Assembly: GCA_963798485.1 (NCBI GenBank) | Contig: CAWCTR010000020.1 | Coordinates: forward strand, 41,361 to 105,360 | Origin: an uncultured delta proteobacterium | GTDB taxonomy: Bacteria; Desulfobacterota; Desulfomonilia; UBA1062 | Direction: 5' to 3' | Length of the DNA stretch: 64,000 nucleotides | Part shown: positions 59,901-64,000 of the stretch, piece after piece | Layout: each line of letters begins with the position of its first letter | Position numbering within the stretch: position 1 is the first letter of the stretch | Notes under the pieces: model-generated | The model's database searches: none | What the model was told of the DNA's origin: nothing | Seen by the model: the letters and a program-made list of their open reading frames with translations, nothing else | Translations under genes and position numbers: made by a program

Positions 59901-61192
59901 TCGATAATGGTGTCTACGTCGGGTTTAAGTTCACAGGCAGACCGGGCATGGGCCGTTATCTCATCTATGACTAAGTCTGCATTTATGATCTTGCCTATGA
60001 GCTTTCTGCCTGAGCCTGTGGTACTTGATCCGAGCACTTCGACGGCAATCCCTTCTACGGTAATGAGATCATCAATTGCCTCAAAGACAGCGCTTATAGC
60101 ATCCACCGGTCTGCCGACCGTCCAGGTATAAAACCCTGCCATCACCTCATTTAGCTTGTCTAAAAGCACTGCCTTGGTGCTGGTGGAACCTATGTCGATG
60201 CCGAGATAGACACGATATGTTACTCCTCTTGTCAGTTTTCGATATATATCCACCTCGACAAGACCAGGGGCCTTTCTCGTCCGGACTTGATACTTGTAAT
60301 GTCCGGTACCCTCAAAGTCAGGATACTCGGATAACTTTAACTCCAACGGCCCTTGGGCATATGTTTTCTGAGGTTTTTCGTCCCTGATCAGGTCTGATGG
60401 GGAGTTGATATCCATATCCTCATCACCCCCTTCCCGTGCAAGTCTTATGGCAGCTCCATACGCCCCGTAGAGGTGTGATATGTCATCAACAAGGAGATCC
60501 TTGCCTATAAGGTTCCTGATGTGTTTGAGCACGGCAGGGTTCTTTGATACCCCGCCGCACACCACAATGGGTTCATGCGGCCCTTCCCCGGGAAAAAGGG
60601 TCTCTACGATATTCTTAGCGAGTCCGCAGCAAAGCCCGTCGCAGATCTCTGAAAGGCTGTACCCCTCCTGCTGCGCATGGATAAGGTCGGTCTTTGCAAA
60701 GACCGCGCATCTGGATGCTATCTTGGGGATGGCCCCGGTGTTGGCTGATGCTATTGCGCAGAGCTCTTCTATTCTCCCAAGGCTGAGCCTGGATGCCTGT
60801 TGATCGAGGAAGCTTCCCGTTCCTGCAGCGCACGAGGAGTTTGTTTTGCAGTTTCTGTATGTGCCGTTCTCATCAAAGACAAGCAGGGAGAATTTCTCTC
60901 CGCCAATATTCAAGAGGGCCCCCGCGTTTCTGTGAAGCTGTTGTAATGCAGTGATGAGGCACACCTGGTTGTCATAGTCCTTCATCGTCTTGACAAAATA
61001 TGGCGTCGATGAAGTGGCCCCGACCCGGGAGATGTGTGATAAGGGCACTCCTTCAAGTGAGGTGCAAATTGCCTTGGCGATCTTGCCATGATGAAGTTGA
61101 TATCTAGCCGTTACGATCTCATACTCAGGCGTGATCTCCACAATACTGACAGCGACTGACCCGGCATCTATACCAAGTGTGTTCCCTTTCAT
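56957..61192 (-). CDS. Acyl-CoA dehydratase activase-related protein, copy 2
   Basis: GIDAGS, GIDIGSTSTK, two CAAGTGSF motifs, EIGGQDSK, DEHDSNVGYETRIEA; start at MKGNTL (61192). Confidence 0.9.
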   Translation of the reverse strand: MKGNTLGIDAGSVAVSIVEITPEYEIVTARYQLHHGKIAKAICTSLEGVPLSHISRVGATSSTPYFVKTMKDYDNQVCLITALQQLHRNAGALLNIGGEKFSLLVFDENGTYRNCKTNSSCAAGTGSFLDQQASRLSLGRIEELCAIASANTGAIPKIASRCAVFAKTDLIHAQQEGYSLSEICDGLCCGLAKNIVETLFPGEGPHEPIVVCGGVSKNPAVLKHIRNLIGKDLLVDDISHLYGAYGAAIRLAREGGDEDMDINSPSDLIRDEKPQKTYAQGPLELKLSEYPDFEGTGHYKYQVRTRKAPGLVEVDIYRKLTRGVTYRVYLGIDIGSTSTKAVLLDKLNEVMAGFYTWTVGRPVDAISAVFEAIDDLITVEGIAVEVLGSSTTGSGRKLIGKIINADLVIDEITAHARSACELKPDVDTIIEIGGQDSKFTTIRDKSVTFSAMNTVCAAGTGSFIEEQAKRMGCPLDEYSARTEGKQSPMSSDRCTVFMERDMNYYLNEGYSPDEALASALYSVCENYLTKVALEASIGEIICFQGATAKNRALVAAFEQRLGKSIHVSKYCHLTGAMGVALLLSDEGIQSDNFSGLGLYAKQVPIRSEVCSLCTNHCKLTIATLDGEDHAYGFLCGRDYQTRRHVNNNTSGFDLIRVRSKAFSTPKKKGHEKQFTIGIPAALHLMEDLAFWQHFFEALSIRTITSKDYMNALHEGKKLSGAEFCAPMSALHGHVSHLLTAADYIFLPFYLEERVKAKDIRRQYCYYTQYAPSLVASVFTNEKHRILMPLVKYLYNGFHAKVQLYRMLKTIISGKINFFEVSAAYDNALEFKERALEELSEQYRKQFTADRMAVVLLGRPYTILSPAMNKGIIDLFSSKGVKIFTHDMLPLKQHEVRAPLKDLLDEIPWKHAANILHAADLAAVTDGLYPVFVTSFRCTPDSFAVEYFKKLLDSYGKPYLILQLDEHDSNVGYETRIEASIRAFQHHFSTNLSDRQGAPFTDIVPVRSFNGHTLFFPNWDHLSCALIVASLQREGIDARLIDESQTSLRKSLKYNTGQCIPINILAQEFIDSIQKQGLDPSKCTLWICRGQIACNLKMIPHHIKYILNNYGQGMEHARVYHGEFSMMDISLRATVNVYLAFMFGGLLRKVGCKIRPYETVKGMTDRAIAEGLTLLSGAFLGVRSKERALKEVISLFEAIPRKHEERPKVAIFGDFYVRDNDFANQDLIHFIEEHGGEVITTPYSAYMKMIAYPYFKKWITEGYYFFTLSSRAYYAALKLLERRYYHYFKKILQEPDHEYNDSIQKILAPFNLLTEHTGESMDNILKTYYIKKYHPEVSLFVQTDPAFCCPALVTQAMTKKIEETTGVPVVTISYDGTWSAKNRSIIPYLTFLERDSRHYLQGMDQLAQYLGK

Positions 61193-61477
61193 AGCATCAA
61201 ACCCCTTTACTTTCATAACCCCGGCAAATAACGGCTGGTGTCTCACATTATACATTTTATATACTGTATTTATTTACATTTCTTTTACGTTGTTCTGTTT
61301 ATAACAAGAAGATCTGAGAATGCAAGGGCTAATGATAGTGATTATTTCTAAAGACCTTGTCATCTTATCTCTGTGACGAAACACTAGGTACTAGACAATA
61401 AATAAAAGGTGCCCCTGTAAGGAAGGGCAACCAGACAGGAGCACGAGAAGAGCCTACTATTGATCCTGATGATTTCT

Positions 61478-62989
61478 CTAAAAGCTACACCTCAGTCTGG
61501 CAAATATTTCATTATTCCCACTATACTGTCCGAAAAGTGAGTCATCATATTTCCCGCCAATTAAAATCGCGCCGATAGTTCCCTGGAGATTATCTGTGAA
61601 GTTATACTTCAAGGAGGGCTTAACAATAAAATCTTGGAACTCAATACCATATGCGACTCTTATATTAAATTCCATGGTGTTCTGGAGAAAAAACTGTTTG
61701 AAGAGGAATGTCAGCATTGTGTCTAGCCCGTCCTTGTTAAAGTAAATGGGCTCGCTTTCATCATAATGAGGGATGAATTGTTGGATGCACTGCACACTCA
61801 CGCTCGTGTCTCCATAAATGTAATCCAAGCCGAGGCCATATTTCATCGAATCCTCTTGAATAGGCACATTCGGATCAATGTGGAATACCTGTACATTATT
61901 TTTACCACCGGAAGCCAAGTATTCTTTTATGAATTCTGTAAAGATCTCGTCTTGTCTCTCCTTTGTAACCAACTGGGTCAGGACTGTATCAAGTTTTCTA
62001 TTAAAGTATTGATTCTCGAAATATGCATACTCACCGCGAAGGGTAAATGAGCTGATGGTTGAGGTAAAATCAAAACCAAACACATTCATCCTGTGTATCT
62101 CGGGAACCATTGTTACCTTGGCATTGACTTCATAATCCAGGGCAAGGGGGTTGTTTAGTTTCACGGTAAGATCTACAGGTGCATCCATCACCGGCATAGG
62201 ATCATACCCTGTGAAATAGCTGCAAGAGATATCCCATCCAGCAATATACTTCGATACTCTGACTCCCAGTTCAGAATTATCCAATCTGACCGGAGGCAGA
62301 TCGATATCTTGGTATGAGGTATTAACTGGAATATCACCAACTGCATTGTTTGTTTTTATGACATCAGGCGGCTTCAGAGCCTTGGGAAACCACCTCTCAT
62401 CAGGCTGTGGGAGACGATATGGCACATATACTGGAATCCATCCAAGCTCTACATTCGCCAAATCCGAATATACATCCATCTTCATCGAAGGGACACCGAT
62501 CTTGCGCTCAATCTCGTCGTTGGTTCCTCCTTCGGTTAGATCCTCGGTATTCAGGATATCAGTAGGGCTTATCTCATCGAGTCTGCCCCATGCAAATTTC
62601 TGTACACCCAACCGGAAATCCGCCTTCCCAGTATAGATATCAACATAAGCCTCATTGAGGTTTACATATGGATTTTTATCTTGGTATATCCGATCGAACT
62701 GATTGAACAGAGACTTGTTTCCCGGGTTCATCACCTTCCCATCGTCAACGAATTGCAGGAAAATCTTTGATGATAGCCATGAAAATGCGCTTGCTTTCAA
62801 CTCAAGTCCAAGTTCTTCAGATGGTTTCTCTTCGGGGCTGTCCTTGTTCAATGCATCGATTGCGCTTCCTTCCAGATATCCATTAAGAGAAAGCTTTCCT
62901 TCTTCTCCCTCGTACTGAAAGGCCCCTGCTTTTATGGATGTCAACGCAATCCAGAGAAGAGATATCAGGACTGCCTTAATAAGTCTCAA
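61478..62989 (-). CDS. Outer-membrane beta-barrel protein (DUF1302-like)
   Basis: Signal peptide, EAYVD, G.Q..AWG..D, FGQY, C-terminal Phe. Confidence 0.7.
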   Translation of the reverse strand: MRLIKAVLISLLWIALTSIKAGAFQYEGEEGKLSLNGYLEGSAIDALNKDSPEEKPSEELGLELKASAFSWLSSKIFLQFVDDGKVMNPGNKSLFNQFDRIYQDKNPYVNLNEAYVDIYTGKADFRLGVQKFAWGRLDEISPTDILNTEDLTEGGTNDEIERKIGVPSMKMDVYSDLANVELGWIPVYVPYRLPQPDERWFPKALKPPDVIKTNNAVGDIPVNTSYQDIDLPPVRLDNSELGVRVSKYIAGWDISCSYFTGYDPMPVMDAPVDLTVKLNNPLALDYEVNAKVTMVPEIHRMNVFGFDFTSTISSFTLRGEYAYFENQYFNRKLDTVLTQLVTKERQDEIFTEFIKEYLASGGKNNVQVFHIDPNVPIQEDSMKYGLGLDYIYGDTSVSVQCIQQFIPHYDESEPIYFNKDGLDTMLTFLFKQFFLQNTMEFNIRVAYGIEFQDFIVKPSLKYNFTDNLQGTIGAILIGGKYDDSLFGQYSGNNEIFARLRCSF

Positions 62990-62992
62990 TAG

Positions 62993-63781
62993 CTAGTTTC
63001 CCCTTGCCATATATCTCGCGGTGAAAATATCGTCCTTCAGTCGAGAATCGTATACAATATTATTCAAATCAATAATTGTGGCCCTTCCATTTTGTACATT
63101 GTGCATCTCAATGTGGGTGGGTGTATTGATCCCCTTGATGTTTTTCACATTTTCAAAGATGCCTTGCTTCTGATACTGTCCTTTAGTGTCATAGAAATCA
63201 GCCTTGGAAGGTATGAAGTTTCCCTTCCTGATCCAAACGATGACTTTACTATAGAATTCTACTTTCTTGGGTATGGCTTCAATCACATAACACAACTCTC
63301 CCTTCACGGGTTCATCTTTGATAAGGTTGTAGGTATAATCATCAACATCTTGGCTGCCCATATCAAAAAACGTTAACTCCGTGCCCATAAAGCTTTCTCC
63401 CTTGCCGCTTGAACTTATCTGTCTTACCCGCTGGAGGGCCGGAAGATAAAGCCACTGCTTGTCTTCTTTCTTTTCATTGGTCCATACAAGAAAGCTCGTT
63501 CCTCTGACATCAGCAGGGGAATTAAAAAAGACAATGGATTTCGATTTGTTGTTTCCATAACGTTTCACGAATGCATTCAATGACCTCTCCCTCTTCTCCC
63601 CCTTCTTATTCATCAGGACCATGAGCATATCTGCTTTACTGTCCTTGGCTTGATCTAGAAGGTCTTCGGATTTTTTAACGATCTGATAAGCCGTCATATC
63701 AGCAGATTGTGCTGGGGTTGCATAAGTCAAAGACAAAGCAAAAAATACAACGATTGCAAAACCAGTATATTTGCATTTCAT
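62993..63781 (-). CDS. Outer-membrane lipoprotein-sorting protein (LolA-like)
   Basis: PADVRGTSFL, QWLYLPAL.RVRQI, SFMGTE.T..D. Confidence 0.85.
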   Translation of the reverse strand: MKCKYTGFAIVVFFALSLTYATPAQSADMTAYQIVKKSEDLLDQAKDSKADMLMVLMNKKGEKRERSLNAFVKRYGNNKSKSIVFFNSPADVRGTSFLVWTNEKKEDKQWLYLPALQRVRQISSSGKGESFMGTELTFFDMGSQDVDDYTYNLIKDEPVKGELCYVIEAIPKKVEFYSKVIVWIRKGNFIPSKADFYDTKGQYQKQGIFENVKNIKGINTPTHIEMHNVQNGRATIIDLNNIVYDSRLKDDIFTARYMARGN

Positions 63782-64000
63782 TTATTGGGCCTCCCTTTTG
63801 CTCTTTTTATCGTGATACCTTCTCTAATAAATCATGATTGATCCTCTATATACCCTGATTCTAAATGAATTCTATCAGTATAGCGCCCCATATTCAGTGC
63901 TTCAATCTGAGGTTTTTGTACAGGCATCCTCATCAAGCCTTCCAAGCCCTCGCCCCTTTCTTTTGCCTTCTGAATGAGGAATTCCGGTTTCACCATGAAT

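Overview
Chromosomal window from an anaerobic bacterium; the gene content suggests Desulfobacterota (inference). Most of it is housekeeping: pheA-hisC-tyrA-aroA-cmk, pcnB, two CIRCE-controlled groES-groEL operons, two ~1400-aa CoA-activase-family genes, tupABC with a Mo-storage-like gene, acyl-CoA dehydrogenase-etfB-etfA, c-di-GMP enzymes and two tRNA-Pro genes. The main accessory region is 17.7-26.7 kb, downstream of tRNA-Pro(CGG). Three extra copies of the tRNA 3' end (two followed by a conserved arm) divide it into tandem, integrase-less cassettes carrying RelBE, an AAA+/DUF4143 ATPase, and AbiEi/AbiEii plus a primase-helicase-PLD gene. The last block is also bracketed by two tRNA-Leu 3' fragments. 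Other candidates for follow-up are a metallophosphoesterase-nucleotidyltransferase fusion next to a methyltransferase, a kinase-less Hpt-CheW protein, a HEAT/HD-GYP pair that seems to share an N-terminal domain, and a promoter-plus-hairpin small-RNA candidate at 52.2 kb. All family assignments come from motif recognition by eye, with no database searches, and identity counts are manual.
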